Source of the DNA: Alphaproteobacteria bacterium
GTDB lineage: Bacteria > Pseudomonadota > Alphaproteobacteria > SP197
Reading direction: 5' to 3'
NCBI GenBank assembly: GCA_964291265.2
Contig: OZ219747.1
Coordinates: 1,952,001-2,016,000, forward strand
DNA length: 64,000 nucleotides
The first letter of the stretch is position 1. Each line of letters begins with the position of its first letter. A program made the position numbers and the translations under genes. Positions 18,826 through 29,063 of this stretch are shown piece by piece. The notes under the pieces were generated by a model, which was given only the letters and a program-made list of their open reading frames with translations, was not told the origin of the DNA and made no database searches.

Positions 18826-19728
18826 ATGCGTCACGTCACTGCAGAGTCCTGTTACAGTCGTCTTGTCAAGGCACTCGAAGCCGTGGCAGGCCGTCTCGAC
18901 CATCCCTGGACGGTCGAGGAGGTGGCCGCGGAGGCGAGGTTCTCGCGCTTCCACTGTCAGCGCGTGTTCCGTGCCATGACCGGCGAGACGATCGCCGGTC
19001 TGACGCGCCGGTTGCGTCTGGAGCGTGCCGCCTGGCGCCTCCGTCACGAACCGGTCGACGTCATCGAGGTTGCCCTGGATGCGGGCTACAACTCGCCGGA
19101 AGCCTTCTCGAGGGCATTCCGCCGGGGCTGCGGGATGAGCCCCAGCCGATACCGAAGCGCATGGCCGCTTCCTCGGTTCGCCGGCCCGCAGGCGCGGGTC
19201 CGGTACGACCCCGGTGACGGACGTCTCGAATTCGATCCACCAAGAGGAGACACCAGCATGGAAGTCCGTATCGACACCCTCGAAGCCATCGAGGTCGCCC
19301 GCATCCGACACGTCGGTCCCTACAACGAGGTGGGGCCGTCATTCGAGCGCCTGTTCGGGTGGGCGGCCAGTATCGGCGCCGAATTCGGCCGCGTCATCGC
19401 CCTCTCCCATGACGACCCCTATGACGTCAGGGCCGAGAACCTGCGTTCGGACGTCTGCCTCGAGATGCGTACCGACGCCTCGCCGCCGCCCGGTATCACG
19501 TTCGGCATGATCGAGGCGGGGCGCTTCGCCATCCATACCCACCGCGGCCCCTATGACGGCATTGCGGAAGCCTACCAGCGGCTCTTCTCGCGATGGTTGC
19601 CGCAAAGCGGCGAGGACATCGACGACAGGCCGGTCATGGAAATCTACCGCAACTCGCCTGTCGACACCGCGCCCGCAGACCTGCTGACCGACCTCTGTCT
19701 TCCGTTGAGGGCCGCATCCGGGCCCTGA
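18826..19728 (+). CDS. AraC-family regulator with C-terminal GyrI-like effector domain
   Basis: SRFHCQRVF...IEVALDAGYNSPEAFSRAF; RHVGPY, HRGPYDG, EIYRNSP. Confidence 0.92.
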   Translation: MRHVTAESCYSRLVKALEAVAGRLDHPWTVEEVAAEARFSRFHCQRVFRAMTGETIAGLTRRLRLERAAWRLRHEPVDVIEVALDAGYNSPEAFSRAFRRGCGMSPSRYRSAWPLPRFAGPQARVRYDPGDGRLEFDPPRGDTSMEVRIDTLEAIEVARIRHVGPYNEVGPSFERLFGWAASIGAEFGRVIALSHDDPYDVRAENLRSDVCLEMRTDASPPPGITFGMIEAGRFAIHTHRGPYDGIAEAYQRLFSRWLPQSGEDIDDRPVMEIYRNSPVDTAPADLLTDLCLPLRAASGP

Positions 19729-20228
19729 CAAGCCGATCCCTTCCCGGGCCATCGGGGTGGGGGCGGTGAATTCGGGGAACGGCGATGCGGCTGAAGCCGG
19801 ACCGGCGGCACCGACACGCAAGGCGATGCCCGCAAGGCGCTTTGGTGATGCCGCGAATCAGGATGCCAAGGAAGTTGCCAAGTGGCCGACGACCGCGCCC
19901 GACGTCTGACCGGCGCTTTCGGGACAATCGAGGCAGACGAGGCTGGCGACGAGTTCTCCGAGCGAAAGGAGACCGTTGACTGGTCTGGGATCGCTGTCGA
20001 GAACCGTGGCGGTCGTGTCGATGGACAGACCGCCTGAAGGTGATGGCCCGGTTCGATTTCGGAATGATCGGCGCTTCGGTGGAGCGCTCAGTCCCTGACC
20101 GCGGGGTAGAAGGCGATGTCCTGCAGGACGGCGGCATCGAAGGCCTCGTCATCGTCAGCGCCCTTGTGCCGTCGAGGTCAACCGCCACGCCGGGGGCAGG
20201 ATCTTCGCCGAGGACGGCGGCCTCCTTG

Positions 20229-20256
20229 TTGACAAGCAGGGGCATCAGCCTACCAT
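20229..20256 (+). promoter_or_regulatory. Putative sigma70 promoter of the hydrolase-ABC operon
   Basis: TTGACA-16bp-TACCAT. Confidence 0.45.
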
Positions 20257-21190
20257 GGATTGCCGGTTCAGCCGTGGCAAACGGAGGGCAGGCGCGGCTG
20301 AACGCAGGAGAGGACGCGGTCGATTGCACGACACCGCACGATACAACACCAACGGCTTCGAGACCGCGTGCCTGGATGTCGGGCCGGCAGGGGCGCCGGC
20401 AGTCATGTTGAGTCACAGCCATTTCAGCGACTGTCGCATGTGGCGCCCCCAGATCGACGCACTTGCAGAACGCTACCGGGTTGTCGCCTACGACACCCGC
20501 GGCCACGGTGCGAGCGGTGTGCCGAAGGGCCCGTACACTCTCGAAGATCTGGCGAGTGACGCGCTTGCGCTGATCGACGCGCTGCAGCTCGATGCCGTTC
20601 ATTTCGCCGGATTGTCCATGGGCGGCATGATCGGCATGACTCTTGCGCTGAAGGCGCCCGGGCGCGTGAGATCGCTGCTGCTCTGCGATACGGCCGCGGA
20701 GATGCCGGCCGGCACGTGGGACGAGCGAATCGCGACGGCACGCACCCGGGGCGTCAGCCCGTTGCTCGAGTCGACGATGTCCCGCTGGTTCACGCCTGCA
20801 TTCCGCAACTCGTCTCCCGAGACGGTCGCATGGATCCGTCGCATCGCATCGGGTACCGTGACAGAGGGTTACATTGCCTGCGCCGAGGCCATCAAGGCGA
20901 TGAACCTGGTGCCGCATCTCGACGCCATCCGCACTCCCACCCGGGTGATCGTTGGCGCCGAGGACCCGGCCACACCGGTGGCGGCTGCACGGGTGCTGGC
21001 GAGCAGCATCCCGGGTGCTGACCTGGTGGTGATCGATGCCGCCTCCCATCTCGCGAATCTCGAACAACCGGCATCCTTCACCGACGCGATGCTGGCATTT
21101 CTCGACAGGCACGCGGCGACCGCCACACACGCCGTGGGCGCGTTGTCGTCATCTCGCCCGGCTCAACAGGCCGACGGTGGGTCGCCTTAA
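20255..21190 (+). CDS. 3-oxoadipate enol-lactonase-like alpha/beta hydrolase (true start probably downstream, e.g. TTG 20324)
   Basis: YDTRGHGAS, GLSMGG nucleophile elbow, GAEDPATP, ASHLANLEQP. Confidence 0.88.
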   Translation: MDCRFSRGKRRAGAAERRRGRGRLHDTARYNTNGFETACLDVGPAGAPAVMLSHSHFSDCRMWRPQIDALAERYRVVAYDTRGHGASGVPKGPYTLEDLASDALALIDALQLDAVHFAGLSMGGMIGMTLALKAPGRVRSLLLCDTAAEMPAGTWDERIATARTRGVSPLLESTMSRWFTPAFRNSSPETVAWIRRIASGTVTEGYIACAEAIKAMNLVPHLDAIRTPTRVIVGAEDPATPVAAARVLASSIPGADLVVIDAASHLANLEQPASFTDAMLAFLDRHAATATHAVGALSSSRPAQQADGGSP

Positions 21191-21216
21191 CCCGATATCA
21201 ACTGGAGGAAGAGAGA

Positions 21217-22299
21217 ATGTTGGATTTCAAGGCTCGAAAGTTCCTGGTTCAGGAGGCGCTGGAGTTCGCGGAGTGGAGCCGGCGCGATCTCTTGAAGGCC
21301 GGCGCCGCGGCGGGCGCCGTGGTCGCTGGAACGGCCCTGGCGAGCGACATCACCGGCGCCAGTGCACAGGACAAGAAGGTTCGCGTGGGCATTCCGCTGA
21401 CCTACGGCCCCTTCAACCAGCCCTGGCGTCGAGGATGCTGGCAGCTCGTGAAGACGGTCCTCGACATGGGGGGTGAGCCGGTCACGATTCGGGGTGAGCC
21501 GACCAAGGCGAGTGAGCAGGAAGCCGAACGCGCGCTCCTTGACCGCGATATCGACGTGCTGTGCATGGGAATCTATTCACTGGAGCCGGAGACGGAGTAC
21601 ATCGCCGACGAAGCCCACGCGCGCGGCATCCCGACGGTGGGCTTCGCCGTGCCCGTCAAGAATTCACCTGCCGTGGTCGAAGACACCTGGGCGACGGCGA
21701 TGACCCTGGGATACTACGTTCAGAACGTTCTCCAGCGCCGGGGGACACTGGTGCAGACAGCCGAGGACAAGGGCTTCTACACGCCCTTCGACATGGAGGC
21801 CGACATGCTCGACCTCATGACGAAGTATGAGCCTCGCATGGACATGTTGCCGTTCATGCCCGGCAGCGTCTCCACCCAGGACCAGATCTCCAAGGGGCGC
21901 GAGAACGCCTTGGCGCTGCTCCAGTCCAACCCGGAGCCGGGCTCCGTCAGTGGTCTTGTCTCGTGGTGGTGGCCGCTGACGATCGGTGCCGGCCAGGCCA
22001 TGCAGCAGATGGGGCGCGACGACCTGCGACTCTTCAATCACTACTTCTCGGACCAACTCCTGGGCGAGATGGCGGCGAACACCTATCCGATCGAGTTCTC
22101 CACCGATGTTCCGTGGCACACACTGGGTCACAAGACTGCCGAACTCGCCATGGCCATGGGTGCTGGCGAGACAGTCGAACCACACCAGTATCGTGTGCCG
22201 GTGACCGCCATACTCCAGGAAGAGGCCGAGGCTGCACTGGCCGAAGTGCAGGACATGGATCGCCAGGCAATCGCGCTTCTCGGCGAATACGGCGGCTAG
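21217..22299 (+). CDS. Sugar-type (CUT2) ABC substrate-binding protein with Tat signal
   Basis: SRRDLLK twin-arginine motif plus hydrophobic helix; precedes permease and ATPase. Confidence 0.8.
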   Translation: MLDFKARKFLVQEALEFAEWSRRDLLKAGAAAGAVVAGTALASDITGASAQDKKVRVGIPLTYGPFNQPWRRGCWQLVKTVLDMGGEPVTIRGEPTKASEQEAERALLDRDIDVLCMGIYSLEPETEYIADEAHARGIPTVGFAVPVKNSPAVVEDTWATAMTLGYYVQNVLQRRGTLVQTAEDKGFYTPFDMEADMLDLMTKYEPRMDMLPFMPGSVSTQDQISKGRENALALLQSNPEPGSVSGLVSWWWPLTIGAGQAMQQMGRDDLRLFNHYFSDQLLGEMAANTYPIEFSTDVPWHTLGHKTAELAMAMGAGETVEPHQYRVPVTAILQEEAEAALAEVQDMDRQAIALLGEYGG

Positions 22300-22508
22300 T
22301 CTTCGCGCGACGACTGATCCTCTGGGGCAAGACGGCGTCACGTGGGCCGTTTCGCTCCGGAGGATGTTGCTGTGCAGGCCCTTCGGGCGACATTGGCCCG
22401 GGCGGTCTTGGCACCGGCAGGAGGCGGTTTCGTCGGCGGGCAATCTCTGACGTATGGTCGGTTCGGGGGACCTGATCGGCTCAGAATCCGGGGTTTGCGA
22501 TAGCTGTC

Positions 22509-23570
22509 ATGGAAGGGGAGAAAATGGTCGGACCTGTCGATGAGCCCGCGGCAGCGCCAGAGGACGCGTCGGCCTCCGCTCCGGCGTCGGGGGAGCCGTT
22601 CTGGTTGAGCCTGGTGCGCAGGTGGGGGACCATCGCCGTCATCGTCGTGACGGCAGTCGGCTTCTCCTTTGCGACTCCCTATTTTCTCACCTTCGCGAAC
22701 TTCAACAACATTCTCTTCTCCATGATCGTGCCGTGCCTGGTGTCGATCGGGCTGACCTATGTGGTGATCGCCGGCAGCTTCGATCTCTCCGTTGGCCTGT
22801 GCGTGACCACGACATCGATCGTCTGCGCCTTCCTGATCCCACTGGTCGGGCCATGGCCCGCGATCACGCTCTCCCTGCTGGTCGCCGTCCTGATCGGATC
22901 GATCAACGGCGTTCTGGTCACCTACGGACGGTTGTCGGGGATCGTGGTCACGCTGGGGATGATGTTCGTGCTCGGCGGTATCAACATCTATCTGACGGGC
23001 GGCTACCAGGTTGCAGTCGACTATACGGAACAGGCGTTCCGCTACATCGGGCAGGGCCGGATCCAGTTGACGGACGACCGCAGCATGGCGATCGGCGTGC
23101 CCGTCGTGATTCTGGCGGTGATCTTCATCCTTCATCTGGTCCTTTCGGGCAGGACGCGGGCCGGCTATTACATTCGGGCGGTTGGCGACAATGCGATGGC
23201 GGCGTTCTATTCGGGCATTCCCGTCTATCGCTGGGTGATCGTGGCTTTCGTTCTTTCTTCGCTCACCGCCGGGATCGGCGGTGTGCTGTTGACCTCGATT
23301 TCCTCCTCGGCGCAACCAGTGGGCGGCGAAGGGTATCTTCTCGGAGCGTTCGCGGCGGTGTTCATGGGCGCAACGGTACTCGGCAAGGGCAAGCCCCATG
23401 TCCTGGGCACATTGCTCGGCGTGTTCTTCATCTACATGGTGAACTCGGGCATGAACATGGTGGGGTTCCCCTTCGCCGCCCGCCAACTCTTTGCCGGGTG
23501 CATACTGATTCTTGCGGTCGGCGCCAATGCCATGCTGAACCGCGAGGAGATTCACCTGAAGTTCATCTGA
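22509..23570 (+). CDS. Sugar ABC transporter permease (RbsC-like)
   Basis: GSFDLSVG, GYYIRAVGDNAMAAFYSGI, AAVFMGAT; multiple transmembrane segments. Confidence 0.92.
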   Translation: MEGEKMVGPVDEPAAAPEDASASAPASGEPFWLSLVRRWGTIAVIVVTAVGFSFATPYFLTFANFNNILFSMIVPCLVSIGLTYVVIAGSFDLSVGLCVTTTSIVCAFLIPLVGPWPAITLSLLVAVLIGSINGVLVTYGRLSGIVVTLGMMFVLGGINIYLTGGYQVAVDYTEQAFRYIGQGRIQLTDDRSMAIGVPVVILAVIFILHLVLSGRTRAGYYIRAVGDNAMAAFYSGIPVYRWVIVAFVLSSLTAGIGGVLLTSISSSAQPVGGEGYLLGAFAAVFMGATVLGKGKPHVLGTLLGVFFIYMVNSGMNMVGFPFAARQLFAGCILILAVGANAMLNREEIHLKFI

Positions 23571-25108
23571 TGAGGGTGGCGGCCATGGCTGCGAGCAAGA
23601 CAGGGGCCGACTGCGACAAGACCCTCGTCGATATCACCGACCTCGAAAAGCAGTTCTCCGGAACCAGGGCATTGGACGGCGTTTCGATGCGGTTCCGCCG
23701 TGGCGAGGTGCATGGATTGCTGGGCGAGAACGGCGCAGGCAAGTCGACCCTCGTCAAGATCCTGACCGGGGTCTACGCGCCGACCGCCGGACACATCGCG
23801 CTGGCAGGCGAACCGGTTCGCATCGACAGCCCTCTGGCGGCGCACAGGCTGGGATTCGGTGCCGTTTATCAGGATGCCGAAGTGATCAGCAGCTTCACCG
23901 TGGGGCAGAATGTCCTGTTGGGCAATGAACCTGGCGGGATCCTCGTTGATCAGCGCAGGATACATGCCGAAGCCCGAGGCATTCTCGACCGGATGGGAAT
24001 CGACCTCGATGTGCGCCGCCCGGCAGCGGATCTCTCGGCGGCCGAGATGCAGCTCGTCACGCTCGCGACTCTCTTTCAGCGCCGCTACAGGCTGATCGTG
24101 CTCGACGAGCCGACAGCGCGACTGTCGGCATCGGAGGTCGAGATCCTGTTCGGACTGATAGAGAGGTTTCGGGATCAGGGCATCACGATCATCTACATTT
24201 CTCACCGGCTGAGCGAAATCCAGCGCATTTGCGACCGTATCACGATCCTGCGCGGCGGCGTCGTGTCGGCGACTCTCGAGCGAAATGACATCACCGAGGA
24301 GCGCGTCACCGAGCTCATGGTCGCCAGGAGTCGTGCCGACCTGAAGATCGAGAATCCGGGACTGGCAACGGACCGTTCCCTGCTTGAGGTCGAGAACCTG
24401 TGCACGGACCATCTCGAGCCTCTGTCGTTCTCGGTGCGCGCCGGCGAAATCCTCGGTATCACCGGCCCGGTCGGCGGCGGGATGGAGCAGATCGGCCGCG
24501 CGCTGGGCGGCGTGGTTCAACACGACGGCTCCGTCCGCATCGACGGCAAGGGGGTCTCCACCCGAAACCCCCGTGTGTCGCGCGGTGCCGGGATCTCGGT
24601 CGTTCCGGAAGACCGCCGCCGGCAGGCACTCTTCCCTGAACTCAGCCTGGCAGACAACGTGTCGCTGCCGGTGCTGGGCCAACTCAGCCGCCTCGGCTTG
24701 ATCGGAGGCCAGCTCAAGTTGCGCTACGCCAGGGAAGTCGTGGATCGTCTTTCGGTCAGCCCCTCCATGCCCGGCCGATCGGTCAAGTTCTTTTCGGGCG
24801 GCAATCAGCAGAAGGCGGTGATCGGCAAGTGGATGAGCGCCCGTGCGCGGCTCTTCATATTCGTCGAACCGACGGCAGGTGTCGATGTGGGTGCGATCAA
24901 GGAGATCTACGACATTATCCTGAACATTGCTCGTGAGAAGCATGCGGTGATCCTCATCACGTCTGCCGCCGAGGAGATCATGGCGCTGGCCGAGACCGTG
25001 ATGGTGGTGCATGACGGCCACCTCGTGCACCACGCGCCCAAGGTGGATTGCACGCACGATCAACTGCTGACGCTCTCCATGGGCGGCCGTTCGCACGTCA
25101 AGACCTGA
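23570..25108 (+). CDS. Sugar ABC transporter ATP-binding protein (RbsA-like, two domains)
   Basis: GENGAGKST, LDEPT, FSGGNQQK, EPTAGVDVGA. Confidence 0.93.
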   Translation: MRVAAMAASKTGADCDKTLVDITDLEKQFSGTRALDGVSMRFRRGEVHGLLGENGAGKSTLVKILTGVYAPTAGHIALAGEPVRIDSPLAAHRLGFGAVYQDAEVISSFTVGQNVLLGNEPGGILVDQRRIHAEARGILDRMGIDLDVRRPAADLSAAEMQLVTLATLFQRRYRLIVLDEPTARLSASEVEILFGLIERFRDQGITIIYISHRLSEIQRICDRITILRGGVVSATLERNDITEERVTELMVARSRADLKIENPGLATDRSLLEVENLCTDHLEPLSFSVRAGEILGITGPVGGGMEQIGRALGGVVQHDGSVRIDGKGVSTRNPRVSRGAGISVVPEDRRRQALFPELSLADNVSLPVLGQLSRLGLIGGQLKLRYAREVVDRLSVSPSMPGRSVKFFSGGNQQKAVIGKWMSARARLFIFVEPTAGVDVGAIKEIYDIILNIAREKHAVILITSAAEEIMALAETVMVVHDGHLVHHAPKVDCTHDQLLTLSMGGRSHVKT

Positions 25109-25130
25109 CGTGAGTCGGCATGAGTGCTGC

Positions 25131-27125
25131 TCACGGTGCGCTGTCGTCGCAAGGCGGCTTGAACAGGGCTTCGTCGAGCAACGCGGCGATTTCCCAGACT
25201 TCGATCCGGTCTCCTGCGCCAAGCGCCTGCACGGCGGCCGTGTACATCACCACGTCCTTGGGACATGACACGATGAAACGCGAGACGCCGTCGAGCGCCA
25301 GAGCCTCCTCGATCCGGCTTTCGCTTGGGCGTTGGGCGAGGTCGCTGTCGTCCATCCAGATGCGCCCGCCTCCGGCGCCGCAGCAATAGCTGTTCTCCCG
25401 GCAGCGGCCCATGTCGCGGAGCGTGTGTCCGAGCCGACGGATCAACCGTCTCGGGGCCTCGAACTCATCGTTGTAGCGACCGAGATAACAGGGGTCGTGA
25501 TAGGTGACGACATGCTTCGTCCGGGGAACCGGGTCAAGTCTGCCTTCCTCCACCAGTTCGCCAAGGAAGTGCGCGTGGTGCACCACATCGTACTGCGCCC
25601 CCAGCGCCGGGTACTCGTTGCGAAGGGCGTTCAGGCTGTGAGGGTCAGTCGTCAGGATGCGGTCGAAGTGACAGGTTTCGAGCGTGGTGATGTTGTGCCG
25701 GGCGAGCATCTCGAACAATCCCTCGTCGCCGACCCGGCGCACGTCATTGCCGCTGTTGTTCTCGCCGTCATAGAGGATGCCGAAGTCCACCTCAGCCCGT
25801 GCGAGCAACTCGGCGAAGAGGACCGTGAGTCGCTGGACGCGGGGGTCGAAACTTGCAAAGTCGCCGACGAACCACAGGATGTCGACCCTCTCCCTGCGCG
25901 CGTCCTTGGGCTTGACGGTCAAGGTCCGAGTCCAGCGCGCCCGTTGTCTGGGCGACTTGCCGAAGGAGTTGCCGTGAGTCTGCAGGCTGACAAGCGAATC
26001 CTGCAGCATCGGTTCGATCTTGCCGTCTTCCACCAGGGAACGCCGCAGCTGCACGATCTTTGGCACGTGCTCGATATGAAGCGGGCAGACCTCCATGCAG
26101 GCGCGGCACGTGGTGCAGGCCCAGAGCGCCTCGCTGCTGATCAGTCCGCCGGCCATGCCCGCGCCGGCGCCCGAGTCCCTGTCCCAGAGTGAGGAGAATC
26201 CCTCCCGCAGGTCCATGACGAGTCGCTTCGGGCTGAGTGGAGCGCCAGAGCCGTGGGCCGGACAGACCGCCTGGCAACGGCCACACTCGGTGCAGGAAAG
26301 ACCGTCAAGAATGTCCTTCCAGGTGAAATCGTGGACATCGCGGACCACGCCGGGTCGCTCGTCATCGTCACCCAGGGGCGGCGGTGCGGGAAGCTGACCC
26401 TTGGGCGCCAGCGAGCGGAAGAAGATATTGGGAGCAGCCGCGAACATGTGACGGTGTTTGGATCCCGGAATGTAGACAAGAAACGCGAGGATCGAAGCGA
26501 TGTGGGCCCAGTAGAAGGCCTGTGCTGCAACGTCCGCATCGGCACCGGCCAGTCCCAGCCTGCCCAGTCCCCTGGCCACCAGGGCCGAAAGCGGCCGGTA
26601 GGTTTCCGTCGGATCGTCTCCCGCCGCGATCCGCCCGGCCCATTCCAGGAGCGTGGTGAAGATGATGCTGGCGATCAGGATGTAGATGATCGTCGCATCC
26701 CGCCTGTTGGAGCCGACAAAACGAGCCGGTTGCCGCACGAAGCGATGCCAGATCGCCATGCCCAGCGCCGCTGCGACAATGAGGACAAATGCTTCCTGCA
26801 GTGCGGCAAGCCAGGTGTGGCCGCCGACGGATTCCAGACTGAAACCAGGGAAGAAGCCGGAACCAAAGGCCTGGACGATGACGGTGAACAGGACCAGGAA
26901 ACTCGTGAAGATCATGAGATGCATGACGCCGGAGAAGCGAAAGCGCAGGAGACGTCGGTGTAGCAGGATATCCGTGAGGACCCCTGCAAACCGGCGCCAC
27001 GGATGGTCCAGGCGACTGGCGGGCCGGGCCTTTGCGAGTGGTCCGAGCCAGAGGCGAGCGCGCCAGCCGGCGCCCGCGATGGCAGCGAGCGTCGCAATCA
27101 GGAGGATCAAGGGCTGTGTGTTCAT
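25131..27125 (-). CDS. Membrane Fe-S oxidoreductase with CCG domains (FadF/DgcB/HdrD-like)
   Basis: N-terminal transmembrane helices; CTECGRCQAVCP, CTTCRACMEVCP, TYHDPCYLGR, CCGAGGG. Confidence 0.92.
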   Translation of the reverse strand: MNTQPLILLIATLAAIAGAGWRARLWLGPLAKARPASRLDHPWRRFAGVLTDILLHRRLLRFRFSGVMHLMIFTSFLVLFTVIVQAFGSGFFPGFSLESVGGHTWLAALQEAFVLIVAAALGMAIWHRFVRQPARFVGSNRRDATIIYILIASIIFTTLLEWAGRIAAGDDPTETYRPLSALVARGLGRLGLAGADADVAAQAFYWAHIASILAFLVYIPGSKHRHMFAAAPNIFFRSLAPKGQLPAPPPLGDDDERPGVVRDVHDFTWKDILDGLSCTECGRCQAVCPAHGSGAPLSPKRLVMDLREGFSSLWDRDSGAGAGMAGGLISSEALWACTTCRACMEVCPLHIEHVPKIVQLRRSLVEDGKIEPMLQDSLVSLQTHGNSFGKSPRQRARWTRTLTVKPKDARRERVDILWFVGDFASFDPRVQRLTVLFAELLARAEVDFGILYDGENNSGNDVRRVGDEGLFEMLARHNITTLETCHFDRILTTDPHSLNALRNEYPALGAQYDVVHHAHFLGELVEEGRLDPVPRTKHVVTYHDPCYLGRYNDEFEAPRRLIRRLGHTLRDMGRCRENSYCCGAGGGRIWMDDSDLAQRPSESRIEEALALDGVSRFIVSCPKDVVMYTAAVQALGAGDRIEVWEIAALLDEALFKPPCDDSAP

Positions 27126-27170
27126 GCGTCCATGCCATCACTGCGACCCCGCACAGGGCCGCGAGGACAT

Positions 27171-28118
27171 TCAGGAGTCTCTCAGCCTGGAGGCAAGTCT
27201 GGGAAGCACGTCGAACATGTCGCAGACGGCACCATAATGGGCCTTGGCGAAGATCGGTGCCCTCTCGTCCGTGTTGAGCGCGACGATGAGTTCCGAATCA
27301 CCCATGCCCTCCACATGCTCCGGAGCCCCGGAAACGCCGGCCATGAAGTAAAGGCGCGGCCTGACGGTGACGCCGGACTTGCCCACCTGACGCGTCTTGG
27401 GCAGCCAGCCGGCATCGATGACCGGGCGGGAGCCGGCAATCTCGGCGTCCAGCGCGCGGGCCAGGTCTTCGACTGGAGTGAACCTGTCAGCGCCGCCGAT
27501 GGCGCGTCCCACGCAAACGATCCGCTCGGCCTGGGTCAGATCGACGCCGCTGGTATCGGGTTCCAGCGCCTCGACCAGCCGAATGCCCGCCTCACCGCGC
27601 ATCGGCATGTCCACAGACTTGACCGGTGGTGTGCCGCTCACGCGCCCGTCCTCGGCGCGAGCTGCTCCCGGCATCGCCATGACAATGGCCGGCAGAGGAA
27701 CGCGAGCCCGTGCCTCCAGCTTGCCGCCATACAGCTGGGCGCGCACCGCCAGTTGGCCTTCCTCAGGATGCAATGCCACGGCATTGCACATGAGAGGCAG
27801 GCCCAAGCGAAGGGCGGCCGGCGGTGCGATGTCGAGACCGGCGGTGCCATAGCTCAACAGAACGAGATCGGGACTGCGTGCCTGGATGGCTGCCTGAAGC
27901 GAGGCGCCATGTACATCGGGAAGGTAGGTCTCCAGCTCAGGATCGGTGATGGCAATCACGCTGGTGGCGCCGCCCAGTTGTCCGGCGAGGGTTGCCGGCT
28001 CGGCGCCCATGACCAGCGCCTCGACCTCGCCGCCCAGCTTTCGGGCGATCGCGAGCAGCTCGAAGGCGGTGTCGCTGATCGTGCCAGCCTGGTGCTCGAC
28101 ATGGACGAGAATGCGCAT
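27171..28118 (-). CDS. etfA: Electron transfer flavoprotein alpha subunit
   Basis: AGSRPVIDAGW...QVGKSG...GVSGAPEHVEGM...NTDERAPIF. Confidence 0.93.
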   Translation of the reverse strand: MRILVHVEHQAGTISDTAFELLAIARKLGGEVEALVMGAEPATLAGQLGGATSVIAITDPELETYLPDVHGASLQAAIQARSPDLVLLSYGTAGLDIAPPAALRLGLPLMCNAVALHPEEGQLAVRAQLYGGKLEARARVPLPAIVMAMPGAARAEDGRVSGTPPVKSVDMPMRGEAGIRLVEALEPDTSGVDLTQAERIVCVGRAIGGADRFTPVEDLARALDAEIAGSRPVIDAGWLPKTRQVGKSGVTVRPRLYFMAGVSGAPEHVEGMGDSELIVALNTDERAPIFAKAHYGAVCDMFDVLPRLASRLRDS

Positions 28119-28876
28119 CACACCAGTCCCTTCTCGATCAGGATGGCGTGAAGACTCTCGGCGATCTGTCCGCCGTCTCCGTCGATCATTTCTGCTCCGG
28201 CGCCGCGTTGAGGGAGGGCAAGGACGGCGGATTGCATGCCGGTCGCGGCCGGTTCGGCATCGACTGCCAGTTCGGGCACGTCGACCTTCAGCAGGTCGCG
28301 CAGTCTGCTGCCGGAAACGTAGCGCGGTGGTTGCGAGGCTGTCTGCAGGCCGATGACAGCAGGAAGAGGGATCGCGAGTCGCGCCGCCCTGCCGCCGGAG
28401 TACTCCTGGCGGACCACTGCATCGACCCCCATGATCTGAACATCGGAAACGGCGCTCGCCTGACGCCATCCCAGCTCGGAGCCAAGATACGGGGCCAATT
28501 CACCATGGAGGTCGTCGGTCGCGAGGACGCCGGTCAGCACCAGATCGGCCCCGATGGTGCGCACGGCTGCAGCGTGGAGCGGTGCCAGGGTACGGGAGGA
28601 GGCGACAACGTCGGCCACCGGAATGCGATAGGCAGCATCGGCGCCGCGGGCAAGCGCCGTGCGCAACAAGCGCTCGACTCCCTCGCCATCAACGGCAAGT
28701 GCAGTGACCTCTGCCCCGGTCGATTCCTTCAGGAGAACGGCCTGTTCCAGTGCCTGGTCATCGAACTCGTTGAGGACCAGGCCAATCCACTCGCGGTCGA
28801 TGTCGCGACCGTCCTCGGTGAGTTCCAGTTCTTCGGTGATGTCGGGCGTGAGACGCAGAATGACGGCGATCTTCAT
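28118..28876 (-). CDS. etfB: Electron transfer flavoprotein beta subunit
   Basis: LNEFDDQALEQA, ALARGADAA, DLVLTG, PPRY; coupled to etfA. Confidence 0.9.
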   Translation of the reverse strand: MKIAVILRLTPDITEELELTEDGRDIDREWIGLVLNEFDDQALEQAVLLKESTGAEVTALAVDGEGVERLLRTALARGADAAYRIPVADVVASSRTLAPLHAAAVRTIGADLVLTGVLATDDLHGELAPYLGSELGWRQASAVSDVQIMGVDAVVRQEYSGGRAARLAIPLPAVIGLQTASQPPRYVSGSRLRDLLKVDVPELAVDAEPAATGMQSAVLALPQRGAGAEMIDGDGGQIAESLHAILIEKGLV

Positions 28877-28965
28877 GGAGGCCCCGCGCGGCGTCCGCGC
28901 CACAATGTGACCCAGGTCGCCCGGGAAGACGACCTGTCGGAACCCACCTTTCTCAATGCCGTACA

Positions 28966-28991
28966 ATCTTGTCAACCACTATCTTGTCAAC
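28966..28991. promoter_or_regulatory. Direct repeat ATCTTGTCAAC x2 in the divergent etfB/GMC intergenic region
   Basis: Identical 11-mers at 28966 and 28981; each contains TTGACA on the minus strand. Confidence 0.55.
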
Positions 28992-29063
28992 TAACGTGCT
29001 GCAAACACGAACAGGCTCGACTGGAGGGCTTTTCCCGAAGCCGCCGGACGCAAGGGAGAGTGC

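Noticed and set aside
19729-20228. Small gene or ncRNA in the 500-bp gap after the AraC regulator
   Set aside because: ORFs lack RBS and motifs and no convincing structure is seen; possibly decayed coding sequence, but unsupported
22622-23569. 828-aa ORF as an extended or fused ABC ATPase
   Set aside because: The extension is an alternative frame over the permease; the real ATPase begins at 23570 or shortly after
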